Assembly: GCF_006345805.1 (NCBI RefSeq)
Contig: NW_021835218.1
Coordinates: 1-43,322, forward strand
From: Octopus sinensis
Taxonomy: Eukaryota
Length of the DNA stretch: 43,322 nucleotides
Direction: 5' to 3'
The position numbers and the translations under genes were made by a program. The notes below the pieces were generated by a model. It had not been told where the DNA came from and made no database searches. It was given only the letters and a program-made list of their open reading frames with translations. This document shows, piece by piece, positions 22,086-33,669 of the stretch (position 1 is its first letter; every line of letters begins with the position of its first letter).

Positions 22086-22614
22086 CCTCCACTACCTGAT
22101 TTGGTAGATGGAAACCTGTTGTATATATGCTTGTGTGTGTTTTGTTTCCTTCACAAAGAGTGAGAGAAATACATGCTAGGAAGGGCATGTAGCCATAGAA
22201 AACATTTCAGAACAGACAGTTGAAGTGTGGACTGCTCCATATCAAACCGTCTAACACATGCCAAAATGGAAAGCAGATGATATTTTATAAGACAACTTAT
22301 TGAGAGCCACAGACCAAAGTTGTGACTGGTGCAAAGTGCCACCCAGACCTAGGGTGAGGTGGCAGGGGAACAGTGTAGTTGATGGGGCCACTAGAGCAAA
22401 GAAGCAAGACTGGAAGAGTGATTTTTAAAAATTTCCGATAAGGGGACGACATAGATAAGGGACAATGCAATGATTGGGGTCAGATGGATATAACATAAAG
22501 ATGACATTAAAAATTCACAAAAATATGAATAAATCAAATGATAGGACAGACCGGAAGACATCACGAATGGAGTGGGGATGCGGGTTCAATTCAGACCCCG
22601 CCTCGCCACTGATA

Positions 22615-23250
22615 CATCCTGTGTCGCATTCACTCGCAACATCCATGCTACATTCTTCCATCGATTCTCAAACATTTTCTCTCCAACCATTTTTTCCTTT
22701 TAAGGTGAAATAATTCACCGATTCAGGGCCGGAGATGAAAGTGCCTGACTTTAATCCTTTCAGCCCCGTCTTCCAAATCACCTCACTCACAATTGCTACT
22801 ACAATGAGAAAACAAGTCTTACCTTCTTTCGAAATAGACTCAGGTGGGTCAGTTTCTATTCTAGACTCTTCCTGCACTTGACAACAGTTGTTGGGCATAA
22901 ACCCACACGTCTGACACCTCCGAATACTGAACAATTGCGTGCGGGATGGTTTCCCTATCCTGCTCACATCTTGGACAGGTCAAAGGACCGCTGCTTCCAT
23001 GGAACAGTGGTGTTGGTAGCAAGGTCGCCAGGAGGCAGGTATACTCAACCAGCTGTAAAGCAGAAGGGAAGACATTTGCCAATGTTCTGTGACATGAAGT
23101 GTTTCAGCTTGCAAGACAGGGAAAGAAGTGTGATCGCATGGATGAAGGTTCACTCTGCTAAGAAAGAGGTTTGGAAGTGCCTCTATGAAGGGCAAGAAAA
23201 TGTGGAGAACTCATGGGAGAAGGAGAGTCTGCCCATGATGGAGCAGACAT
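22615..23250 (-). pseudogene. L1/Tx1-type LINE ORF2 C-terminal remnant (zf-RVT-like)
   Basis: CPRCEQDRETIPHAIVQYSEVSDVW...EGKTCFLIVVAIVSEVIWKTGLKGL...FENRWKNVA with frameshifts. Confidence 0.65.
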
Positions 23251-23265
23251 AGAGACTAGCCATGA

Positions 23266-23555
23266 ACACGGCGAACTGGCAGAAACGTTAGTGCACCGGG
23301 TGAAATGCTGAGCAGTATTTCGGCTGCCGTTACATTCTGAGTTCAAATTCCACCAAGGTCGACTTTGCCTTTCATGATCGATTAAATAAGTACCAGTTAC
23401 GCACTGGGGTTGATATAATCGACTTAATCCTCTCTGTGTAACTGATACTTGTTGGATCGACCCCGAAAGGATGAAAGGCAAAGTGGACCTCAGTGGAATT
23501 TGAACTCAAAACATAACGGCAGAGCATTTCATCCGGCATGCTAACGTTTCTGCCA
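23266..23555. mobile_element. Inverted pair of SINE family B copies (+ then -)
   Basis: ggcgaactggcagaaacgttag...gagttcaaattccacc and its reverse complement ...gtggaatttgaactc...ctaacgtttctgcca. Confidence 0.8.
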
Positions 23556-23929
23556 CAAAAACCACTGCACACTTCTATGCAAGGATTATTGTATTTTTTT
23601 CCTAAACTTGGGGATCCCTACTAACATTAAGGATTATATAATGTACAAGTATGAATAAAGAATTAAAGATAAAAATGATTCATTATATTTAATGTTATCG
23701 AGTAGAACCAGGGTGTGCTGCGTTTCCGCACGACCTATACAACATTGTCTATGTCCAGCCCACAGCTTCCCTTCTATGTAAGGCCTTTATAATGAATAAA
23801 GAAGACACTCGCCCAAGGTGCCACATAGTGGGACTGAACCTGGAACCATGTGGTTGGGAAGCAAGCTTCTTACCACACAACCATACATCCAAAACAATTA
23901 CAAAGAATATGTAGACAGGACGCCTGAAA

Positions 23930-24180
23930 ATTAATATATTGATAGCAGACTTAGTTAGAATAATGAACAATGTGTCCCCACTATATGAACCCTATGAAAT
24001 GGAAAAAACATATACAGAACTTCATACACCACATGCAGTTCTCTGGATATGATCAGAAAGATAGGGTTCGGGTATACAGGGGGGGGGGGGCTAGAAAGAA
24101 ATTAGATAACATTATACGTAATGATACCAGTGGTACCTGCCCTAGATATAGAAACAAAGAATGGAATAGGATACATATAT
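23930..24180 (+). pseudogene. Possible retroelement RT thumb remnant (Penelope-like?)
   Basis: INILIADLVRIMNNVSP / HIQNFIHHMQFSGYDQKDRVRVY...DTSGTCPRYRNKEWNR with frameshift; resemblance is from memory of invertebrate retroelement proteins only. Confidence 0.4.
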
Positions 24181-24339
24181 ATATAAATAGTTGAAACACT
24201 CCTGTCACAACCTGGGGCCTTGAAGACTGCTTAAATGCAAGAATATATACTAGTCCCTTAATATTTGATACTCAATAATTCATCTATTAAATATATATGA
24301 ACATGGCTAGATATGCAACAATATGCATGAGAAGACCAG

Positions 24340-25008
24340 GTAAAGGACCTGGGTGTCTTGGTGGATTCTTCCTTTTCGCCTTCGGCCCAGTGCGTCCATG
24401 CTGCCAACAAAGCACGCGGAGTTCTGTTTTTGATTCGACGGTCATTCGGAATGCTCACAGCAGCCATATTCCTACCGCTCTATGTCACGCTGGTGAGACC
24501 CATATTGGAGTACGGGATTCAAGCCTCTTCTCCTTATCTCCTCAAAGACATACAGCATCTCAAAAGAGTCCAGAAGCTGGCTACCCGCATGGTTCATGGT
24601 CTCAAGCATTTGTCTTATGAAGAAGCTCGACTTTTATTCTCTAGAAAAACGACGATGCCGTGGTGATCCCATTCTCGCTCACAACATCATAAGCGGAAAG
24701 TGTAACCTCTCGAAAGAGCTGTTCTTCACTCCTGCTCCAGAGCGTCGGCTGCGGGGTCACTCCGAAAAGCTCTATCTGCGACGATTTCATCTCAATCAAA
24801 GGAGAGGGGCTTTCCCCGTCCGGGTTGCGGATCCGTGGGATAAGCTGCCGGACGAGATGGTGAAGATGCTGATGACCGCTCGGTTCAAAGTCTCCCTTGA
24901 CCACAAGTGGCCTGAACTCTCTGCATGAACACCACCCTGTACATAACTCCATGTCCCCCTACATGGCCTTGCTTTTTGCTTTTTGAGCCAAAAAATTAAC
25001 TTAACTTA
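24340..25008 (+). mobile_element. CR1-clade LINE 3' end (second subfamily)
   Basis: VKDLGVLVDSSFSPSAQC...LVRPILEYGIQ...RVQKLATRMVHGLKHLSYEE...RRLRGHSEKL...RVADPWDKLP, 3' UTR ending in ttaacttaactta. Confidence 0.9.
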
Positions 25009-25254
25009 GACCTAAGAGATATTCTACCATTATCCCCACAACATCCTTTAACTTTTTCTGTCAAAATGGGTTTTTTTTTCAACTGCTTCCAGACTCTCCA
25101 AAAACCACACATATATAATATAAATAATATATATATATACATACCTACATCCATATGTACATATACATGCATATATGGGTACAAGACATAAAAAAAAACG
25201 TTGAACACAACGAGAAACGAACTTTTTTTTTTGGACAACAAAAAAAATACAGAT

Positions 25255-25680
25255 ATACATATACGACGGGATTCTTTGAGTTTCCATCTACCAAATCCAT
25301 TCACAAGATTTTGGTGCCATGCAATGGGACTGAACCTAGAACCATGTGGTTGGGAGGCAAGCTTCTTTACCATACAGTCACGCCTGCACCACACACACGA
25401 CAGTCTTCTTTCAGTTTCCTGTCGACCAAAACTACTCACAAGGCTGAGGTCGGCCCGGGGTTTATAGTGGAAGACATTCGCTGAAGGTTTCACGCAGTGG
25501 GACTGAACCCGAAACCATGTGGTTGGGAAGCAAGCTTCTTACCACACAGCCATGCCTGCGTCACACACGCGGCGGGCTTCTTTTAGTTTCTGTCTACCAA
25601 ATCAACTCACAAGGCTATAGTCGGCCCAGGGCTACAGTAGAAGACACCTGTCCAATGTGCTACACAGTGGGACTGAAACC
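25255..25680 (-). mobile_element. Three tandem partial SINE family A heads
   Basis: Repeated gacggg(c)ttcttt...cagtgggactgaacc blocks. Confidence 0.75.
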
Positions 25681-25870
25681 ACAGCTCTCTCTCTTATATA
25701 CATATAAATTTAAAATAATAAGGGTGAAAAATTGAATATTAATATCAATTTAAAACCAGTGGCCTAACATATAGAAAAATCTGAAGATTCAGAAAAATTA
25801 TATTACATACATATAAGAGTGGACATCCATTATGCTACAAGACCCCTATGGTCTTACCACTATCATTAAT

Positions 25871-26242
25871 AGGGTGGCGAGCTGGACGAAATGCTTAGCG
25901 GTGTTTGACCCGTTGCTACGTTCTGAGTTCAGACTCAGCGCGAGGTTCACTTTTCCTTTCATGCTTTTTGGGTCGATAAACTAAGTACCAGTCAAACATT
26001 GGGGTCGATGGAATTGACTAATTTCCTACCACAAAATTTCAGGCCTTGTGCCGTTAGTAGAAAGGATCGAAAGGGCGGTGAGCTGGCAGAATCATTAGCC
26101 AAACGAAATGCTTAGTGGTCCTCCACCCGTAGTGACGTTCTGAGATAAAATTCCGCCGAGGTCGCCCTCAGTGGAATTCGAACTCAGAACGTCAAGTCAG
26201 ACGAAATACTGCTAAGCATACCATCTGGGCCAGCTTGCCGCC
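25871..26242. mobile_element. SINE family B cluster including a head-to-head foldback (26074-26242)
   Basis: ggcggtgagctggc...gttctgagataaaattccgccgagg joined to cctcagtggaattcgaactcagaacg...gccagcttgccgcc. Confidence 0.75.
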
Positions 26243-27371
26243 TTAAATAAAGAGTATAAAAATAGCATATAAATATTAAGTTGAATATAAAAAGAAAATC
26301 GAAACCTTGCGCCTGTAGCAAAAAGGATTATTATATTATTATTAGAGGGATTATCTATTGATTTATCTTCGAAGCCAATATTGGCTAGAAAGGGTTAAAG
26401 AAATTTTCTTTAGAAGAGAGGAGGTTAGACACTGTCAGTAATAGCAGCTATCAGATTTTTAAATGTGCATGATAAATATACACCACTTAACAGCCGATTT
26501 TGGTTTGTCTATCTCACTGTAACTTAGCGGTTTGGCAAAAAGAGACCGATAGAATAAGTATCAGACTGTAATGGATTCGTTCAACTAAAAGCCTTCAAGT
26601 TGGTGCTCCAGCATGACTGCCGTTCAATGACAGAAACAAGCAGAAACAAAAAAAAGTTAAAATAAAGAAGCTAAACGATTATGAAATTTAAAAAAAAAAG
26701 ATTAATAATATTTTACAGAATCACATTTACTTACCTTTTATTTTGGTCAGTTTCCAAAATGCGAAATAGCAATCATGAATATCTGTAAATGTTGAAGCTG
26801 GTTTCATGAAGACCGTGAAGGAATGTGTTGCTGGATTGGCAGTTTGAATTCTAAATCGAAGAGGATACAAAAGAGAGTTAATATTTCTGTCTTATTTTTT
26901 GTTTCTTAACAATTTTTTTATTGTTATATCTTTTACTTATTTCAATCTTTGGACTTTGGCCATGCCAGGGCAGTGTTTTGAACAAATCGACCCCAACACT
27001 GATTTTTAAAAAACTCTGGTGCATACTTTATCGTTAACATTTGCTGAATAGCTAAGTTATGGTGACACAAGCAAGAAAACAGTGGTTAACTAGTACATAC
27101 ATACAAGAATATGAATAGATCGCTTAAAGTGGATGGGCCTTGTGGAAAAGGGAGACCCGGGAAGACATGGTACGAAGCGGTGAGGATGTATGTCTTTGTG
27201 TGTGAAGGCACATGGTCTCGTACAGAGGTTCCCAGGCTTTCCACTACCAATTTTTCTATCGTTATATAAGCATACATACATATAAATATACACACAGACA
27301 CCCATATATACATACACACACACATATATACAAACACACACATATATACATATACACACACATATATACAT

Positions 27372-27404
<33 letters not shown>

Positions 27405-27407
27405 CAT

Positions 27408-27438
<31 letters not shown>

Positions 27439-27504
27439 CATACACACATATAAATACATACATACACATATATACATACACACGCACACATATATACATT
27501 TTGG

Positions 27505-28300
27505 GAGGAAAAACCCAGTGTCTACTTACTCCCTCCACAACACTAATCTCAAAAAGTCTTTTTGTGAATGCGACCTGGGCCTTATTGTCGACAGCGATTT
27601 GCATTGGACAAAACACATTGCTAAAATTGCCAAGGCTGAGGGTGTCTTGGCATCACTCACCAAGTCCTTTGTGAGCCGCTCTCCGGCTATCTATCAGCAG
27701 CTTTATATAGCTATGGTACGACCTCACCTGGAATTTGCATCACCGGTCTGGAACCCCTATCTTGCCCAGGATATTAATCGTCTGGAAGCCGTTCAGCGAC
27801 GTGCAACCAAGAGAACACCCTCCATCAGGCATTTGCCATATTATGAACACCTTACTTCCCTGGGCATGGACACATTGAAACTCCGATGTCTGGCAGCTGA
27901 CTTGGCAGCCACCCATAAAATTATCAACCATCTTACTAACAATATCTCTGAGCACCTTTTCAAACTCCACCTGTCAAAAACCCGTGGACATGTTTACAAA
28001 GTCAGAAAACAGCACAGCTCCTTCCATGACCTTCGGAAACATTTTTTCACGCTAAGAGTTGCTGAAGTATAGAACAAACTGCTGGCATCAGTTGTTAGTT
28101 GTCGGAGCACTGCATCCTTGAAGACTTCCTGAGATTCGCCAACACTACACCTGATCTTCTCTGTACACAAGCAAGCATCTATCTGACTCAAACACTGTTC
28201 ACTTCCCAGACATTTCTACATTACTCTACATATGCTTTATACGCACTTTTCACAAGTTGTGTGGCACCTGAGCACTGTATACAATAATTTCATTATTATT
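27505..28300 (+). mobile_element. CR1-clade LINE 3' end, 5' truncated at a microsatellite
   Basis: CECDLGLIVDSDLHWTKHI...MVRPHLEFASPVWNPYLAQDINRLEAVQRRATKR...TRGHVYKVRKQ...; 3' UTR ends cattattatt. Confidence 0.92.
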
Positions 28301-29202
28301 TTTTTATACACACGCACACACATATATATATATACACACAGACATACACACACATATATACACATATAATTTTGAATTTAGTCCACAGACCCACCCCAGG
28401 ACTACCTTTGCGGACCCCAGGTTGGGAACCACTGGCCTAGTGGTTAGTGTGTTGCACTCGATATCGTAATATCGTGGTTTCGATTCCCAGACAGGTGGTA
28501 TGATGTGTTCTTGGGCAAAGCATTTCATTTCACAATGCTCCAGTCTGCTCAGCTGTAAATGGGTACACCCGTGATGGATGCCAGCAGTGTGTTAACAACA
28601 TCCGATAGTCTGGCCGACACAGTAACAGAAAGATGGTAATAAATACATAAACACCCAAACAGTGAGTGTATATGTGTGCATGTATATGTGCGTGTGTGCA
28701 CTTAAAGACTCGTGAGACACATCTCAAAGAGAAACTGTGCTACAAAGATTCCTCACAGGTTGTGATTTCGATTCCCGACTACGTCAAATCCCCCTTTGAG
28801 CTCTCACGGAATTATAAACAAAGTACCTGTCATACACTAGGGATCATTTAAGTCAGTCATTTATTTGCACTTCCGAGTCTGATGCCGTCGAAATTATGAT
28901 CAGAACCACGAAAAATTATAAGCAATAATTTTAAAATTTGTATGGAAGGGAGATAACTTTAAAAACTATATAGCATTAATGAATAGTTATGTCCCTTGCA
29001 TTCATAAACTTGAGCGTAAATTTTTTTTTTTTTTTTCTAGTCAGAGGAAAATTATATTTGAGAATAAATTAATTGAAGAATTCAAAGGGTCAAAGGGACT
29101 GATAAACATGGAATATGTGTGTCTATATATCTTGTATATATATATATATATACATACACATATGACAAACGGTAGGAGCAGCCTTGGTAGGAATTGATCT
29201 CA

Positions 29203-29354
29203 TAGCTGTGTGGTAAGAAGCTTGCTTCCTAATTACAGGGTTCCAGGTTCAGTCCCACTGCATGGCACCATGGATAGGTGTCGTCTACTATAGCCACAGG
29301 CTCATCAAAGCCTTGCGAGTAGATTTGGTAGAGCAAAACTGAAAGAAGCCCGTC
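29203..29354 (+). mobile_element. SINE family A 5' half (3' half at 31836-32030)
   Basis: Head to aagaagcccgtc followed by (TA)n; the family tail resumes 2.5 kb downstream. Confidence 0.75.
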
Positions 29355-29587
29355 ATATATATATATATATATATATAATGTGAAATAGAAAGATGAATAA
29401 TCTTGTAGTAGATTAATCAAAAGTTTAACCGATACCTTAGTAGCAAAAATCACAGCAGTAAACAGCACGGTTGGAGGTACAACCATCTGGCGTTGCAACC
29501 GTGCGTTGGTGCGGATAATTGAAATTAAAACATTATTGGTGAATTGAAGAAATGGAGCTGAACGCAGATTGAACAGAAATCGTTTTA

Positions 29588-29677
29588 TTTCATTCTACAC
29601 GTGTTTCGAAAGGCACAAATTACCAAAATCCGATTGAATAATGGGACCATATTGTGTCTTTCTCTTCAGGAAGAAAA
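29588..29677 (-). ncRNA. Minimal type I hammerhead ribozyme (left arm)
   Basis: Mirror of 31358-31447; CTGAAGA at 29669-29663, predicted cleavage 3' of the minus-strand A at 29596. Confidence 0.8.
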
Positions 29678-30282
29678 AAGGAAATCCGTTGGAAAAACAA
29701 AAACAGAACAGAGGCGGAGCAAAAAACAAATCGAACTGTGCTCCTAAGAGCCCATGGCGAAACTGTTTATCAGTGTATGTTGAGAACCGGTGGCTGAAGA
29801 ATTCAACGGGTCAGGCATCGGTCAATCATGTGGGTGAGGGTGTATAGATGTTCTTTGTGACCGAGAATAAAGTTCTGACTATTTAAAGAATATTGGATGT
29901 TTTATAAGGGGCGAGAAAAAATCTACTTAGAGACGTGTGTGTGTGTATACTGTTCTATATATGTGTGTGTTGGCGTAGGGGTAGAAAACATTTTTTGTGT
30001 ACGTGTGTGCGTTTGATCGTTCGGCTGTCAGTGGCTACTGCCGTGATAACCGTTGGGTAGCAGAAAAAAAAATAAAAAAATTATATATATATATTATGTT
30101 TTATGTGTGTGTGTGTATGTTCATCTAAGCCTGCCTTGACAAGGAAACCCCCCGCTGTGAAAAACCAAGCCCCGTTTGTCTTACAGGAGTAATTTCCCTT
30201 GCAGTGGTTAATCGTAGATATCTTAAAGGCTATTTCAGAATTTGTTACCAAGGGCTATGGGTGCCGGTATTATTTATAAACG

Positions 30283-30507
30283 CTATTTAAAGGCCAGATA
30301 AGTGTAACGCCGCCAATGGGGGCATCGAAAAGCCGACTGTAAGAGCCCGTTTACCATCCGGCCTCTGGCAAACAAAATATGGAAGAGTTCGGAGACACAA
30401 AGGTTGCACTGTCTTCTGCCCCTATCAAATGGGAGGGCCACCGACAAAATTGACCATTCCAGCCTATAGCTTAAGTTCGCATCCTTCAGTCGCCATATTA
30501 GCTTACT
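30283..30507 (-). pseudogene. PLE GIY-YIG endonuclease C-terminus (left arm)
   Basis: SKLIWRLKDANLSYRLEWSIL...CNLCVSEL...CPHWRRYTYLAFK*. Confidence 0.75.
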
Positions 30508-30509
30508 AG

Positions 30510-30752
30510 CGCCAGACCACGGGACTCAGTAAGCTAATATGGCGACTGAAGGATGCGAACTTAAGCTATAGGCTGGAATGGTCAATTTTGTCGGTGGCCC
30601 TCCCATTTGATAGGGGCAGAAGACAGTGCAACCTTTGTGTCTCCGAACTCTTCCATATTTTGTTTGCCAGAGGCCGGATGGTAAACGGGCTCTTACAGTC
30701 GGCTTTTCGATGCCCCCATTGGCGGCGTTACACTTATCTGGCCTTTAAATAG
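30510..30752 (+). pseudogene. PLE GIY-YIG endonuclease C-terminus (right arm, no start codon)
   Basis: RQTTGLSKLIWRLKDANLSYRLEWSILSVALPFDRGRRQCNLCVSELFHILFARGRMVNGLLQSAFRCPHWRRYTYLAFK*; matches the LSKxIWxLK...W.I...CxLC...CxH pattern of invertebrate PLE endonucleases. Confidence 0.78.
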
Positions 30753-31357
30753 CGTTTATAAATAATACCGGCACCCATAGCCCTTGGTAACAAATTCTGA
30801 AATAGCCTTTAAGATATCTACGATTAACCACTGCAAGGGAAATTACTCCTGTAAGACAAACGGGGCTTGGTTTTTTCATAGCGGGGGGTTTCCTTGTCAA
30901 GGCAGGCTTAGATGAACATACACACACACACATAAAACATAATATATATATATAATTTTTTTATTTTTTTTCTGCCACCCAACGGTTATCACGGCAGTAG
31001 CCACTGACAGCCGAACGATCAAACGCACACACGTACACAAAAAATGTTTTCTACCCCTACGCCAACACACACATATATAGAACAGTATACACACACACAC
31101 GTCTCTAAGTAGATTTTTTCTCGCCCCTTATAAAACATCCAATATTCTTTAAATAGTCAGAACTTTATTCTCGGTCACAAAGAACATCTATACACCCTCA
31201 CCCACATGATTGACCGATGCCTGACCCGTTGAATTCTTCAGCCACCGGTTCTCAACATACACTGATAAACAGTTTCGCCATGGGCTCTTAGGAGCACAGT
31301 TCGATTTGTTTTTTGCTCCGCCTCTGTTCTGTTTTTGTTTTTCCAACGGATTTCCTT

Positions 31358-31447
31358 TTTCCTTCCTGAAGAGAAAGACACAATATGGTCCCATTATTCA
31401 ATCGGATTTTGGTAATTTGTGCCTTTCGAAACACGTGTAGAATGAAA
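31358..31447 (+). ncRNA. Minimal type I hammerhead ribozyme (right arm)
   Basis: Helix I tttccttc/gaatgaaa (7 of 8 pairs); core CTGAAGA 31366-31372; stem II GAAAGACACA/TGTGCCTTTC (9 of 10); GAAA 31428-31431; palindromic helix III loop C-ACGT-G; GUA triplet, cleavage after 31439. Confidence 0.85.
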
Positions 31448-31504
31448 TAAAACGATTTCTGTTCAATCTGCGTTCAGCTCCATTTCTTCAATTCACCAAT
31501 AATG

Positions 31505-31552
<48 letters not shown>

Positions 31553-31555
<3 letters not shown>

Positions 31556-31834
31556 GACCCCCTTCGGTCATGACTGACCGTAGGATTGCACCTAGAAAGT
31601 TACCCTCCCAGGCACAAGTCCGGGCAAGGTTATTTATGGAACAAGGGATGTTGTCCAAGGGAAAGGGCAAAGGGGCCGATACAGCTTGGCACCTGTGACG
31701 TCGCAGCTCATTTCTACAGCTGAGTGAACTGGAGAAACGTGAAATTAAGTGTCTTGCTCAAGAACACAACACGCAGCCCGATCCGGGATTCGAACTCACA
31801 ACCTCACGATCGTAAGCTCGACTCTCTAACCACT
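31553..31834 (-). mobile_element. tRNA-derived SINE family C
   Basis: aagtgtcttgctcaagaacacaac...gggattcgaactcacaacc...taaccact (reverse-strand A/B boxes). Confidence 0.75.
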
Positions 31835-31835
31835 A

Positions 31836-32030
31836 TCTTTGTTCCCCACACCTTCACTTGACAATGACAACCGATGTTGGTATGTTTGCGTTTTCGTAAC
31901 TTAGCAGTACGTCAAAAGGAGACCGACAGAACAAGTACTAAGCTTACTAAAAATATGTCCTGGGGTAGATTTGTTCGACTAAAGCAGTGCTCCAGTATGG
32001 CCGCATTCAAATGACAAACAAGTAAAAGAA
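31836..32030 (+). mobile_element. SINE family A 3' half
   Basis: ttgacaaccgatgttggt...gtgctccagtatggccgc...aaacaagtaaaag. Confidence 0.7.
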
Positions 32031-32234
32031 AAAATTGAAAAAATAGAAAATCTCCGGAGTAGGAACCACTCACTTCAACGCAGCGCCCAGACTGGGAATC
32101 GAACCCATGACCTTGTGATCGCGAGTGCCCTCGTCACTCCCCCCCCCCCACAGCTGTAGCAGTTTCTGTTTTATACGAATGTTAAATGAACAAAAAAATA
32201 TATAAAAACATGACTATGTCCTAGTTAGATGTTT

Positions 32235-33060
32235 TGAAGCTTGCTTCCCAACCACATGGTTCCGGGTTCAATCCCACTACGTGGCACCTTGGGCAAGTGT
32301 CTTCTACTATAGCCTCGGGCCGACCAAAGCCTCGTGAGTGGATTTAGTAGACGGAAACTGGAAGAAGCCCATCTCGTATATGCATAAGTGCATATTTAAG
32401 ATGGTGCTCCAGCTTGGCCAGTCAAATGACTGAAACGTATAAAAGAAGAAAAGAATATATAGGCTCAGAAGTGGTAAGTAGCTTGCTTACCAACCCCATG
32501 GTTCCGGGTTCAGTCCCACTGCGTGGTACCTTGGGAAAGAGTCTTCTACTATAACCTCGGGCCGACCAATGCCTTGTGAGTGGATTTGGTAGACGGAAAC
32601 TGAAAGAAGCCCGTCGTATGTATGTATGTATATGTATATATATATATATATGCACACACATGTACAAGCACACACACATATATATACACACACATACACG
32701 CACACACACACATATATATATACACAAACATACACACATATATATACACACATACACACACACACACATATATATACACACATACACACACACACACATA
32801 TATATACACACATACACACACACACATATATATATATATACACACATGTGTGCGCGTGCGCGCGCGTTTGAGTGTGTTCCCCACCACTACTTGATAACCG
32901 GTGTTGGTATGTTTTCGTCCCCGTAACGGCAAAAGATCAACCGATGGAATAAATACCTGGCTTAAAAAAAAACAAAAACCTACAGGAAGTGGGGTGGGGG
33001 GCGTAGGGTTATCAAAGCGATGCCCCAGCATGGCCGCATTCTACTAACTGGAAAAAAAAA
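32235..33060 (+). mobile_element. Two SINE family A copies, second with expanded (TA/CA)n insert
   Basis: Family heads at ~32235 and ~32470; microsatellite 32620-32870. Confidence 0.8.
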
Positions 33061-33199
33061 GATAAAAGATAATCCCTCCACGACCCCCACCCCCGCACAC
33101 CAACCGTTTCTTTATTCTTCTTTTCCATTCTTTGCTGAGGAACAACAAACTCACCCCCACCCACTCCTTATTCCGATCCCCTGTTCTCCAAATCCGAAA

Positions 33200-33655
33200 T
33201 CCCTAGCCCGGTGGTTAGAGTATTCGGTTTACGATCGCAAGGTTCCGAGTTCAATTCCCAGCGATGCGGTGTGTCTTTCATCAAGACACTATTGAGCTGG
33301 CAAACATGATTTATACCAGTAATTCAAAGGGGCCAGCCATTATCTTTTGCTTGTTTCAGTCACCAGATTGCGGCCATGCTGGGGCACTGCTTTGTTAACA
33401 TACTGCATCATACGTTAAGAGTATGCCTGTCTGTGGAATACTCAGCCACTCGCAGGAATCTTACAGGTAACCATGTTAAGCGTATGCATGTTTGTGGAAT
33501 ACTCAGCCACTTTCAGGATTCTTCCTGCGAACTATGTTGAAAGTATGCATGACTGTGGTGTACTCGGCCACTTACACGTTAATTTCTCGAGCAGGTTGTT
33601 CCGTTGATCGAATCAACTGGAACCCTGATCGTCGTCGCAAACGGCGGAGTGCCAG
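33200..33655 (+). mobile_element. SINE family C with internal ~60 bp triplication
   Basis: gtggttagag...gagttcaattccc head; tgtggaatactcagccact-like block three times; tail ttgatcgaatcaactggaaccc...cggagtgcc. Confidence 0.7.
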
Positions 33656-33669
33656 TTGTGTCATCTGTA

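Larger units (their letters stand above)
29379..30507 (-). mobile_element. Penelope-like element 3' end, inverted copy (left arm plus ~150 bp extension)
   Basis: Reverse complement of 30528-31506; continues past the shared end to a (TA)n run at 29355-29377. Confidence 0.8.
30508..31506 (+). mobile_element. Penelope-like element 3' end, 5' truncated (right arm)
   Basis: Endonuclease C-terminus, 3' UTR, HHR, ends in (TA)n at 31505-31551. Confidence 0.8.

Noticed and set aside
27212-28072. 286 aa ORF as a host gene
   Set aside because: Chance fusion of microsatellite translation with a truncated CR1 RT C-terminus
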